Shown here: positions 38,900-51,836 of the stretch, piece by piece | Layout: each line of letters begins with the position of its first letter | Position numbering within the stretch: the stretch's first letter is position 1 | Assembly: GCF_000143415.4 (NCBI RefSeq) | Contig: NW_003314277.1 | Span: 259,183-323,182, forward strand | Direction of reading: 5' to 3' | DNA from: Selaginella moellendorffii | Lineage: Eukaryota; Plantae; Lycopodiophyta | DNA: 64,000 bases | Program-made: the position numbers and the translations under genes | Notes under the pieces: model-generated | Told to the model about the DNA's origin: nothing | What the model saw: the letters and a program-made list of their open reading frames with translations, nothing else | Database searches by the model: none

Positions 38900-40305
38900 T
38901 TAAGTCTTTTAGACCTTTAGTTGTTGACTATGACCCTAGAGGCATCCCCCACACTTAGCGGTGCACCCAAGCCAACCCTTCTAGCAAAGGGTTCATAATA
39001 ACTAAGACTAGGTGTCCCCATCTCATCCACCACATCTTTGGTGCCACTTACACTAAAGTGGTCAAATTAAATATGTTGAGCTTTCATATGAGGCATCCCC
39101 TATTTGGTGGTGTGCCTAAACCAATCTCCTTATTAAGAGTCTATGATCACTAAAAAATAAGTGTCTTTATATTCTAAACCATCACCATATTCTAGTGAGT
39201 TGGGACTCAAACTCAACCTCTATATATGCATTTACAAATAGCATCATCTAAGATGCTTGGTATAACTACTCACGCTAATGCACCAACTATACCCAAAGTG
39301 CACTATGGATTACAAGTTAGGAACTTAGTCCCTCCGAACTGCTAAGTCTTCTTACTTAACAAGTTTGGGATTATACATGGACTCCTCCATCTTCATGGGC
39401 CACCCATTTTTTAAGTTAACACCTTCAACTAGAGTCTTTGTTCCCTCGACTTTGCCAATCTCACTTAGCAAGTCACCTGACTAGTGTAATATAGTTTCAT
39501 GTATAATCATGAAAGTCCTTAGCTATCTACTTTTATTCAAAGTCATTTCTTTGAACACTCGGGGATTAATTCCCTACTCTTGATAGCCTCACTTTATGGC
39601 AAACTTCAAGACTACACTTTTGTTGTGCCATTGTAATTTCATATATTCCTATGAACTATTTATACTTGTCTTTCTAGGTATTAATTTACCTAGAATTGTC
39701 TTTGGGAACTTTAAAGGGATTTTGTCCTTTCCCTTGCTAAAACCTCTCCTTTCGTAAGCCTTTTAATTGCTATATCGTTTAATATAGACAATTCTATACT
39801 TTAGACTTTCCACGACATCACAGTTACCAATGGTAACACTTTCTAACACCCACTTAATCCTCTACTTCTAACTTATATAACCACCCTTAGTTATGCCCTT
39901 CAATTTCTATAGTTCTGTTCTATCCCTTTATTATTTGCTCTCAACCTTACATGTGGCCTTTGGTTATTCTTCCTATACACTAAGAAAATAGCTTTGCACT
40001 TTTTACCATGCTTTAACAAGTATTCTTAGAGATGAACCTACCCGATAGCCTAAGGAGTGGTTTCTCAATCTAGATATGCTCCTCTTGTAATCCCACATGC
40101 TGAGATTAACATTAATATTCATGGGCATTTGTGTGTCTATCACTAGCCTAGCCAAAATCTTTTTTGGCTTTATCCATTTTTAGATAAATAGACTTCTCCC
40201 ATCTTTAGCTTTTTGCAACTTAGACATTGGATAGCGCTTCATATCTATTATTCTTTGGGGACTTAATCACTACGGTCTTATCTAATGCTCTCATGATACC
40301 AACTT
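38900..40305 (-). mobile_element. Decayed internal region of an LTR element related to the intact chromovirus
   Basis: Two diverged copies of the 6930-7115 3' UTR motif, plus a PBS-like GCTCTCATGATACCA at ~40287-40301. Confidence 0.5.
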
Positions 40306-40804
40306 TCTAGGTGTTTAAGAGTGCTTAAATGTCCTCATTATGGACTTTTTTTTACAACAAACATTTCCTTTTACATAAACAATTTATCCCTTAAGGGATA
40401 TATTTATCTTCCTTCTTATCCCAATAAAAAGTTTTAGGAAATTGATTTCCACTAATTCACTCAATTATGCCATATATTTTGTTTAGTTGCCTCATAGTCG
40501 TCAATTTCTATAACTCATTGCTAGTGTTTCTACACCTCCATCATTATTTGGGTCCACACATTTGAATCACATGCCTTCCAACTTAGGCCATGCCAATCCC
40601 ATTTCCATCAGGATTCATTTGGCAAAAGTCCTTATGAACCAACTAGCTTAACTTCAAGGCCTCATCCCTTAAGACACTTGGGGTTTCCACTCCATTAGCT
40701 CCACAAGCGTATTTTCACAACACTTTCCACTTATGTCTAGATCTTTGCCAAAACCAAAATAATTGTTTTTCATGCCATCTATCAGTTAGTATTGCATTAT
40801 AGTG

Positions 40805-41900
40805 TGTAAGCGACTAAATTTTCCATTCTACTTTAGTCACTTAACCACACCTCTGACCACTTGGAGGAGTCTCATTCACAACCTCCATAAGTCCAATCCA
40901 GGACTTGGGACTTGCTAGCCCCGAGAATGACATCCATGCCACTCAACATTTGCACTTGGTCCAAGTGCTCCACGTGTCCGATCCCATGACCGACACTCAA
41001 AGGTACCACCGACATAGCAGCCCGTTACGCTAAGGCCATGCCCAATCACCTTTACCACACTGGTAGTCCAATACCACTTGCATCACCGTCTTGGCTCTCC
41101 AAGACTAGGCAAACCATCCGTGAGTGGTCATCTCAGATCCACTCCTTAGCATCCTTAGGATGCCCACCGACAAGGGGAATAGCCTTCCCCAATATCCCTC
41201 TGTCAGTCCCCACTAAGTCCCTTTCTGCCCTTGGCCGTGTTTGCCAACACTGCCACTGGATCAAGACCCACAGGCCCGACCACTAAGTCCCACGGTCCTC
41301 TGGGACTTCCTCACCACACGACTGTGTCCTTGGTCACTACCCCAGAGGACTGCTCCTCTTCCTTTCCATAGTCTGGGCCTTTGGGACAACATCTCGGAAC
41401 ACCGTGGCCTTACGCGAGCCACCTGGGTACTCTCCTCGCCTTCTGCCCTTGGGTGCTCTAGCCATGGGCTTAGAGCGGGTTCCATTGAGCCACACCAGGT
41501 ATCCAAGTAGGTAGTGCCACCCACACTTGGACTGGGAGCATCGGCCAGTCGATCTCCCGGGGGAACTAGAGCCGGCTCTTGAACACTTCACCAAGCTACC
41601 CCGCTTGTCGGTCTGTGTTCACTCTAGTCTTGGACTTCCCAGTGGGCAGCTCATCACCCAACATTGGGTCCGGCCTTCCTGGGCCAAACTGGCCTTTCCT
41701 GGCCAAACTGGCTCCACTGCAGTCCTCCCCCTACTATACTTTTGGAGCTCACCAAACCCCCCAGGGTCTGGGAGACGAACGCTTTGGGCTTTCACCCTCT
41801 CAGGCTCCGGACTCGGACTCGGACTCGGACTCGGATTCGGACTCGGACTCGGGCTCGGGCTCGGTCTCGGCCTCGGCCTCGGTCTCGGTCTCGGTCCCGA

Positions 41901-41932
<32 letters not shown>

Positions 41933-42618
41933 CCGGTCTCGGTCTCGACTTCGGACTCCATCTCCGACTCCATCTCGGACTCCATCTCGGATCCATCTCG
42001 GGTCCATCTCGGACTCCATCTCGGGTTCCATCTCGGGTCCATCTCGGACTCCATCTCGGACTCCATTTCGGGTCCATCTCAAGTCCACCTCGGACTCCAT
42101 CTCGGACTCCATCTCGGACTCCATCTCGGACTCCATCTCGGGTCCATCTCGGACTCCACTTTGGACTCCAACTCGGGTCCATCTCGGGTCCACCTCGGAC
42201 TCCACTTCGGACTCCATCTCGGACTCCATCTCGGGTCCATCTCGGACTCCACTTCGGACTCCAACTCGGGTCCATCTCGGACTCCACTTCGGACTCCAAC
42301 TCGGGTCCATCTCGGACTCCTCTTCGGACTCCAACTCGGGTCCATCTCGGACTCCACTTCGGACTCCAACTCGAGTCCATCTCGGACACTCCCACGTGTC
42401 ATGTGTTTGTCCTTTTGGGTCCCTTTTTGGAGCCTCGCCTTTTGCTCGCTTCGTGCTCGTTCCTCGAGCACTTCGTTGGGAGTTCCACTCCCGCTCTTGA
42501 CTTTTCAAGTCGGAGCTTTTGGTCCAAACATGTTACGCTCGTTTGGCTCTCGCTTCGGCCACTACCATGTGGCGCCCTTCCGGCTCCACTTTGGGGCCTA
42601 GGGATTTTGTGTCTCACA
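40805..42618 (-). mobile_element. Solo LTR (1814 bp)
   Basis: TGTAAG...CTCACA with 5-bp TSD TAGTG (40800-40804, 42619-42623). Shares motif blocks and a hexamer array with the chromovirus LTR; orientation inferred from that homology. Confidence 0.9.
41804..42390. repeat. Tandem array of CTCGGA/CTCGGT/CTCCAT and CTCGGGTCCAT units inside the solo LTR
   Basis: Directly visible. Confidence 0.92.
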
Positions 42619-43553
42619 TAGTGTTCCTACACAACTCTGTGCCAAAGTTGTTTTTTCCGGCAATACCTTACCTATGACTTTAGTATGGTATGTTCTGCTG
42701 TCAATGAAATACCCACTACTCTCATCCTTGGATCTTATGATCTTTTCCGTCCTTTGTAATGTACAACACACCTTAATACAAATGCTTCCATCAATCCTTT
42801 AGACCATTTTTTTATTCTACTTGAGTCATCTAATTTTTGAACTTTACTAATCTAATGATGTATAAGGTCTTACTTTTGAGATGTCCACTCACTAGAATAC
42901 AATTTCTTGTATTCATATCCTACTTATAAAGACTATCTTTGCAAGTGTTTCTCCAACACTTGATTATTTTTTTTATTTCATATGGGATATATTTACCCTT
43001 TAGGACTATCTGTTTATATAATGAGAATACTAACTCATCTTCTAAGAATACCCCTAACTCTTTGGGTTGTTCTAACATTTATTGAAAGTAGCTCCAGCTA
43101 CTATTTCAAGGACTTATATCCTCATCCATATTTAACCTGTTATGGTCATTAACTCCAATCTCAAATTCTTGAGCACTATCCTCAATTATATAAGGATAAT
43201 CTTATGACTCCTTTATCATTTAGGAGTTTTCATCATTCATGTGATCCCAATTGTAGTTGTTTACAACAACCACATTATCTAGTTTGCTAAGTCAAACACC
43301 TTTATGAATCATATCCTCAACTCTCTGAGAATAACCTTGTTCCCAAGATCCCAAAGTTGTTCTTTTATTGGCCTTTTTTTATTCACCATATTGCTAACAT
43401 GTTCATATATGAACTAAGGTGGAGAGTCATACCCTCTCGACATGCTATTCCTCGAGGAAGACCCACTCTTGGGACCTTTCGATGCCAATATCAAGTGGTG
43501 ATATATTTAACCACTAATAAGAGTTGGACTAAGGAATATCTCTAATACCAAAT

Positions 43554-45108
43554 TATAAACGATTAAATTTTTCATTCTACTTTAATCATTTAACTACACC
43601 TCCAACCACTTGAAAGAGTCTCACTCATAAACTCCATAAGTCTTATTCTAGACTTAGGGACTTGCTAACCCCAAGAATAGTATCTATGCCATTTAATCTT
43701 TGCACTTAGTCCAAGTGCTCTATGTGTTCAATCCTATGACTGACACCTAAAGGTACCATTAACATATCTAATGCCATACCCATTCACCTTTGTTACATTA
43801 ATGATCTAACACCACCTACATCACAATCTCATCTCTTAAAGATTAATTCATCTATCCATGAGTGATCAACCTAGATCCACTTTTTAGGATCTTTAGGATG
43901 CAAAGAACAACCTTCCCTAATATCCCTTTTTTGGTCTCTATTAAGTCTCTTTCCATCCACGGCCATATTTACCAACACTGCCACTAAGTTAGGGTTTGAA
44001 GGCCAACTGCTACATCCTATTGACTTTTAGAATTTCTTTGCCATGTGATTACATCCTTGGTCACCATATAAGAGGATTGCTCTTCTTCCTTTCCTTAATC
44101 TAGGACTCTAAATTAACATTTTGAAACACCACAACCCTACGCAAACTTACTCTCCCCACCTTCCATCTTTGGGTGCTCTAGCCATATGGTTAGAGCAAGG
44201 TTTTGATGATCCATGCTAAGTATCCAAGTAGGTAGTGCCACCCACATTTGGATTGGGACCGTTGACTATTTGATCCCTTAGAAGAGCTAGAGTTAACTCT
44301 TGAACACTTCACCAAACTACCCCACTTGTTTGTTTGTATTCACTTTAGCCTTGGACTCTTTAGTGGTTATATCATCACCTAACATGAGGGTATAACCTTC
44401 TTGGCTCACACTAGCCTTTCTTGGCCAAACTAGTTCTATTGGAATCCAACCCTCACACTCTCCTTACTATACTTTTGGAACCCCCTCTAGAGGAACGATT
44501 GCTTTTGGGCTTTCACCCCAAAGCCTGTATTAATATTTGGACTCAGACTCAGACTCAAACTCAATTTCAGTCTCAGTCTCGAACCCAGTCTCGGTCTCCA
44601 TCTCGGACTCTATCTTGGTCTCCATCTCATATCCATCTCAAACTCCATTTTGGACTCCATCTCAAGTCCATCTCAGACTCTATCTTTAACTCCATCTTAG
44701 GTCCATCTCAGACTCCATCTTGAGTCCATCTCGGACTCCATCTCAGGTCTATTTTGGATTTCATCTTGGAGTCCATCTTGGAGTCCATCTCGGATTCCAC
44801 CTTGAACTCCATCTCAAACTCTATCTTGGGTCCATCTTGGACTCCATCTTAGACTCCTTCTCAAACTCCATCTTAGACACTTCCACGTGTCATGTGTTGG
44901 TCCTCTTATATCCCCTTTTCTAGAGACTCACTTATTACTCATTTTGTGCTCGGCCCTTGAGCATTTCATTAGGAGTTCCACTCCCACTCTCGACTTTTTC
45001 AAGTTGAAGCTTTTAATCTAAACATGTTACACTCATTTGGCTTCTGCCTCAACCACTACCATATAGACTTTCAACTCCACTTTGGGGCTTAGGGATTTGT
45101 GTCTCATA
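43554..45108 (-). mobile_element. Decayed LTR of the same family as the solo LTR, with adjacent PBS remnant (~43539-43550)
   Basis: Collinear with 40805-42618 but with many C>T/G>A changes; preceded by TCTCTAATACCAAAT. Confidence 0.85.
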
Positions 45109-45109
45109 G

Positions 45110-48100
45110 TGTCTGGCCGGAGTTTTTCTGTGAGAATCCTAAGGATGACGTGTACCATTGGTTTGATCATTTACATTAATGGCCACATATCATTATAGGG
45201 ATGATGTTTAACATTCATATGAGTTTCCCATATATCTGTAAGGGATGGTGTAATAATGGTACAATAGTTTGAGTGCAGCCACTCATGTGGATTGGAACAT
45301 TCTTCTGAACAGCTTCAAATGCATATTTGGATATGTTAATGATTGTGATGATGCCTTGTAATAATTGCATTATCTTTGTCAAGTGCCATTTGAGTCAGTG
45401 ATGCAATTTGATATTCATTTCCAGAGTTTCTTGCTTCATATAAAGCTAAATATATTATAGCAAATCAAGTTAGGAATGTTGTGACTAGCACTTAGTCAGG
45501 ATTTTATTAGACTTGTGTAAACACTTGCTTTAGCCACCCTTGATAATGCTCTTCACCTGGCAATGTTATGAGACATCACTGCTTCCACTTTTTGTTGCAT
45601 GTCTTTTAACTCCACTTCCTGTGGGAGATGGTCATGTTCCAATGGAAGTTGATGCTACTGCTACCCGAGTTCAATGATAAGGGTGAGGACGTGGTTGTGG
45701 CTATGATAGCCACTATTGGGTGTGTGATAAGGTTGGTCACACATATCAGCATTATCAGTGTTTTTCGGATTAGCATTCTTTATTTTTTGGGTGGAAACCT
45801 TGACATCAGCAACGTTCTATTAGTGTTGTTGCAATGGAAGGTTTGGACACTAAAATACTTTTGAGAAACAAGAAATTATACAAGTAGTGGAGGATTTTTG
45901 TGTGAATAAATCAATGACCTTCTATCCTTTTTTCAAAAGTATCATCAAAAGGTTCACTTGGCACCAATTTATCTAATTTTTACTTTCTAAGCTCATTTTA
46001 ATAATAAGAGGTCTTTTATTATTCTTTTCGTGTTGGTTGATATAGGCTCAAGTTTATCTTCTATTGCTTGGTCTTTTACCATATGTTACCATCTATATTT
46101 ACATTGTGCAATAGAGCCAATTTTCATTCTTTATGCAATAGTTGTACATATGCATATGCATGGGATGGGGTAGACTTAGTTGTGCATATGGATGATTTGA
46201 ATTTCAATCATTTCAAGTGGTGTTGAGTTAAGCTCTTGATATTATCCTTGGTATGGATTAGTTGCAGAGTAATCATGCTAAATGTGACTTTAAAGCTTCT
46301 CCTCTTTCTCTCATACTTTCTTATATTTCTTCCATTTTTCTCATTTTTGTTCCTTTTCATCCTTTTACTTCTATCTTTGCTTCTATCACTTTATCTCCTT
46401 ATAACTTCTTTTTATGTTTCAGTTTTATTCTTTTATTCCCTCTTCCAATCTTTTAAACAGTTTTTGTATTGTAATAGTTGATTAGCTCATGAAAAAGTAC
46501 ATTGATCTTTTTGAATTTGACCTATCATTTAGATCCAAGATTGAAATACATCATCCTATTCCAATGGGGGATACTTGTTCAATCAAGGTTCCTATTTATT
46601 GTGACATCAAGATTTTATGTGCAAATATCAAGGACATGTTGGAAAAGGGTGCTATCTGAAAGTTGTAAAGTCTTTGGGCATATAAACCTCATTTTATCAC
46701 GAAACCTAATAAGAGTATTTGTTTCTGCATCGATTACCGTTTGTTAAACGATATAATGATCTTGGATGTGTACCCTTTTCCTCACACTATTGATCTTTTG
46801 GATTAGGAAAAATCATTAGTTTGCCAAATTAGATTTTGCTTCTAGGTACTAGTAAGTGCTAATGGCCGAAGAAAATAATTTTAAAATTGTTTTTCATACA
46901 CCATTTGGTTTGTACAAATTCTTGGTAATGCTATTTGGTTTGAACAATGCTTTAACAATTTTCAAATAGATGATAGATAAGATTCTTGAAAAGAAATGAT
47001 TGTTGACTTCATCAATAATGTCTTGATCCATTCAAAAGAGATGTGAGAAGAATACATTTGTAATGTTTGCAAGGTGTTGGATCAGTTGTAGGAAATTGGT
47101 TTAAAGTTGAAGTAGTCGAAATGTGTTTTTGTGTCTAAAGACACGACTTATCTTGGATACCATATTTCTCGTAAAGATTTGTAAGTTGATTCTGACAAAC
47201 TTGTGGGTGTTTTTAAGTTCCATACTTCAAAGTGTATGAATAATGTATAATGCTTTATAGGCAAAGTGTAGTATTTTAGCTATTTCATTATTCATCTTTC
47301 TAATTGTATTACACTATTGTGAGCATTGTTGAAGTTATTAATGTCATCTTTCATTTGGTATGTGGATTATAAACAGGCATTTATAGATCTTAAAGAGTTA
47401 TTTCCAATTTTGGCATATCTTGATTACACTTGACTTTTCATTTTGTATATAGATGCTTCTAATATCAATCTTGGTATGTTGATTCAAGAGAGCCCGAGTG
47501 TGCCTAGCCAATACCATCCCATTACATACATTAGCCGTATATTACAATCAATAGAGGTAAACTACTTTATGACAGAGGAGTGTTTAACAATAGTTTGGGA
47601 TTTCAAGGAACTTTATGCATATTTATATAGTTCTCAGATATTATTAAAAGGTGATCATGTTGCAATTATTTCATTATTAAAGTGAAAGAACTTAATTTGT
47701 CGTACTAATTAATGGACTTTGAAGCTTTAGATATATAATTTTGATTTCTTAAGGACTTTTATGGCTGATATTAACACCCTTTTTCGAGTTCTTCTTCCTT
47801 CTTCGCTCTCTTCTTATATTTTTTATGAGTTTATTTTTCTAGCATCTATGAATTAACAAAATTCCATACTGTTAATGGTTGTTGTACTTGATGTTCAATA
47901 TCCACAATGTGTGGAACAAAATTTACCTTCACTTGACGAAGTTTATGAGGCTCAAAAGGTTAAATTATGGATCCAAAAGTTTTGCGATGCATTTGAAAAT
48001 CTTGCATCACTTATTAATTTGTTATTTCAGCATTTATATTTTCAATATTGCTCATGCTGAAATGCTACTGGCCCACTGAAGCTTTCTCATAACAGTGGAT

Positions 48101-48430
48101 ATAAGAGGAGACATGAGGTTCATCAACTCAAATTGGAGTTTGCTTATGAAGTCTACTATCATCTAGGAAAACATCTAGAGCCTAGGGACACTAGGTGTTA
48201 TCACATTGACTGGGTGTTCAACCCTTGAAAGACAACCTTATTTATTTTGTGGGGATAAATCTTAATAATCATTTACAACTTATAGTGCTTTTAATATTTA
48301 TTCCACACTTTCTCTATGCTTACCATAATTCTCCTATTCTAGGCAAGCATATGGGACATCGTCATGTGAATGAGAAGCTACATAAACCTGAAGATGCAAC
48401 ATGTATCCAGTATATATATAATTATGTTTA
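45110..48430 (+). pseudogene. Decayed Gypsy gag-pol remnant
   Basis: VPMEVDA, LVDIGSS (protease), [14 protein letters not shown] and HTPFGLYKFLVMLFGLNNA (RT), YIDASN..HPITYISR (RNase H); many stops. Confidence 0.8.
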
Positions 48431-49526
48431 GTGCCAAGCTTATAATACTCCCCCTCAAGGCATAAAAAATACTATAAATTTCAAGTATTATATAGGCAAA
48501 AGACTTTGGCATCATTCATACCTTATCTCAAGTTATAAGTAAAGCCAACTTAGTGCACCTATTTTAGCCAGGCTGTGTAGCGTGATTATAGTCCCCAAGC
48601 ATTCCATCCATATAAAGGAGAGGCAAAAATCTTCAGACTTGCTAGAAAATTGCCATGAATCCTGGTGGTAATCTCTTGGTATTCATAGACCCAGCAAGAT
48701 TTACAACTGTTGATATTGCCTAATTGGCAAAGTTCTTGAAAATATTTAAGTCATAAAATCATCAATAACCCTACTATCCTACTGCTAAATAATACCAAAC
48801 AGACTAAAGCACACACAACAATTTTTACCATGGAAGGATGGATCCAAAAAGACAAAGCCTAAAGAAGAAAGTGGAGGAGCCTTCCCAAACGGAACTGGAA
48901 TTTGGTGACCAAGACACTACTACCTAATGTACTTGACTTTGCTTGGAACTCCAAGCCTCAAGAACTTGAATGGACCAGGATGATGCACAGCTTTCAAGCC
49001 TGCTGACACAATCTAATTCATATGTGTGTAGTATACCTTGTGATGAGCGCTCTGGCAACAGGGAAGATGATAAACTTTGCATGAACCGTGAACATCCCCA
49101 TGCTCAAGCAGCACAAGCTTCTGGGCCTCCATCTCTAGCACTGGTGTCCTCAGGGGCCGGCTCCTCTTGGGCTGGGTGATCTGCTGCCTGGGGCAGTGGA
49201 CGCTTTGCCACAGAGGAGGAGCCGCGGTAAAAAGAGAATTTTACCCCTCCTGGGGGACAAACAGATATTTTACCCCTCCTGGTGGACAAACAGACAGGTG
49301 TCATGTTGCTACCACCTGATTAAGGCCCTAAATTTTGCATAAACTGTCCACGTGGATGTATAACAAAATTGATTAGTCATCAATGGGTGAAGTGATCAAT
49401 CAACTCATAAATTGAAATGAATTGATCAATCAACTTATCAAATGATAAATTCATAATTCAATTAGATCAAATAAAATGATCAATTTGAAGCTCCAGTATA
49501 GATGTCTTTGAACCAGTTTCTAACAA

Positions 49527-50301
49527 TGGCTTTTGAGTTTTAGAACGCACTTATTCCGCTCCACGTGAAATGGATGCAAGGAGTTTGGATGCTGCTACAA
49601 CTATTCTTACATAAGATTTGAAATTCTCGTGAACTCTCTAAGCTTGTTTGTCGTCCAGAATTTTCAGATGGTTTAACATCACGGTTTGCTTTCCCGCAGA
49701 GTCTCCCTGAAGATGGATCCTCAGAAACGACCGTATGGCTACAAAAGCTATCGAAGCATGGAGTTTTGGACTAGCAAAAGTATCTACATTTTTCTTTATT
49801 TGTCGGTTTTGAGCTTCACCGTTCAGTTCCTAGTGTCTGTTCAAGATGGAGAGCGCTGCGGTAGACGTGATCATCTTGGGGGGCTCCTGGATTCACTGGC
49901 AAGCGCGTTCTGGGTGAGCTCCCAGAGGACAGGAAGGTGGGTATAGCTGGGAGGTTTTCACAGGCGGAGTTTTCAGCAAAACGGGGCCTTCGCAGGAGGA
50001 GATTGATAACTCCTCTTTCTCGATGGTGTTCGTTGGCCGCGGCTTCAAGGACGCTAGCAAAGTTCCACCCGGGAAGAAACAGCAACCGGACATGGAGATC
50101 ATCACGCGAGTAACAGGTCCGGAGATTGGATACGTGACGACGCCTATCATTCTCGTCCAGGCGGCGCTGCTCGTGCTGGAAAACCGCGATAAACTCCCCA
50201 AAGGTGGCGTGTGGACTCCTGGTGTTGCGTTTGGAACCACGGACTACGAGCAGAGGCTGCAAAACAATGGCTTGTCGTTTGACGTTATTAGCAAGCATTA
50301 G
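49527..50301 (+). pseudogene. Internally deleted duplicate of the ALKBH9-like 3' end and the saccharopine dehydrogenase-like gene
   Basis: Collinear with 27967-30187 but lacking ~28120-28587 and ~28911-29837. Confidence 0.9.
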
Positions 50302-50435
50302 ATAAACCTTGGCCATAAAACTTAGATTTATTTTGTGTTCATATTAAACAATATAAAGATTTTACATTGATTTATGTTTAACAAGGTGTGCAGCAAGCTA
50401 TTATTAATAACTTCATTCAGCTCTTGACTTACTGT

Positions 50436-50535
50436 NNNNNNNNNNNNNNNNNNNNNNNNNNNNNNNNNNNNNNNNNNNNNNNNNNNNNNNNNNNNNNNNN
50501 NNNNNNNNNNNNNNNNNNNNNNNNNNNNNNNNNNN
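50436..50535. other. Assembly gap (100 N)
   Basis: Run of N. The flanks correspond to positions only 17 bp apart in GDSL copy 1. Confidence 0.99.
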
Positions 50536-51836
50536 ATGGATCTAAAAATATTCCACTTAAGAAGAACTCTGCTACTGTTTGATAATAATGTTGGGTGTAG
50601 TGAAGACCATCCCAAGATATGTAAGTACTGGGATTTAGACAACTTGATACACCAGGTGTTCCACATATTTGGAAAGGAGAATAATTATATGGTGCTCCAG
50701 TTCCGCAGCAAGCATCTTGTATATTCGTAAAACCTGCTTTGAAGTTTAAGTAAATAGCATATATCAGCATCAGACTTACCGTAAGTTGAACTATTTTGAA
50801 GGATCTTATAGTAAGGGTTATACATATCTGCAATGTAGAATTTGGCATCACTGTATCGATTTCGTAGAGAAACCACAGCTTCCACAAGTTTTGAGTTGAA
50901 ATATTGAGAAATATTATTAAACGCAATAAGGCACCGATAAGAATCATATGCTGTCGGATTTGGAGATGCAAAAATAGTCTTAATTGATGGAGTGCAGCCC
51001 AATGGTGTTATTGTGAACACTAAAAATTTTCTACCACCTTCGTTATAAAGTAACTAGCAAAACAACAGCACTAAGGTTTTGGTTATTTGAAATCAAAATA
51101 ACCTCACTTGTAAAGAAGATTTGATAGCTGCAACTGCTTGTGGTATAGTAATGTTTGCAATATATGATAGAGATTTATTGTTGTAGATTATATTATTAAT
51201 AATGTCATTACCTCCGATTTCTACAGCATAAAGGAAAGTTTGATAAAACTTTGGTGGAGGTAATGACTTCCTATATGCATCTGTTTAAAAACAAAAATAG
51301 ATTAAAATAAAATAGATTAATACTCTCATAATTGCTATAATATAATTACCTCTGTTTGAATTGTAACCTGATTGTAATCTCTGTTTAAACTGCAAAAACT
51401 GTTGTAGCTGGTAAGAGAAATATATGGGATTTTGAAAGACGGTGTTGAGTGCTGTTGAGCCAGCCTGAGCAAAGTTGACACCAGTCCTATAATCTGGATT
51501 AATAGTCACAAAATAAGGCTCTGGATACTTGAACTTTAAGCCAGCACCTACGAGAAGATGTTAGAAAAGTTCATAATCACACATAGCCATACTTATGTAA
51601 TCAATAATAAGCCTTCCATCTGAAAATCTTCCAGTTGGACTTCCTGGATAAGTTATACCATAAGGAGACTGATTTCCTGGATTACTTGGAAACACATTAG
51701 CAGAGGCTCCTGTGTCTGAAAGAGAATCCCCAAATATGATTATTCCATCTACACATTGGGGTAGTGGTGGTAAATGTGTGCATAATGCAAAAGAAAATAG
51801 TATGCTGAAAAATGAAATAATACAGGAAAACCTCAT
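50536..51836 (-). CDS. GDSL esterase/lipase, copy 2 (last codons fall in the gap)
   Basis: Near-identical to 30322-31639; EIGGND in block III. Confidence 0.9.

Noticed and set aside
41804-42390. Repeat array as a CRISPR or telomere-like locus
   Set aside because: No unique spacers, no cas genes, not TTTAGGG; it is internal to an LTR.
41527-42621. Several long ORFs (up to 364 aa) on both strands, plus similar short ones at 6487-6799 and 12878-13190
   Set aside because: They arise from stop-free hexamer arrays inside LTRs and give low-complexity translations in all frames.
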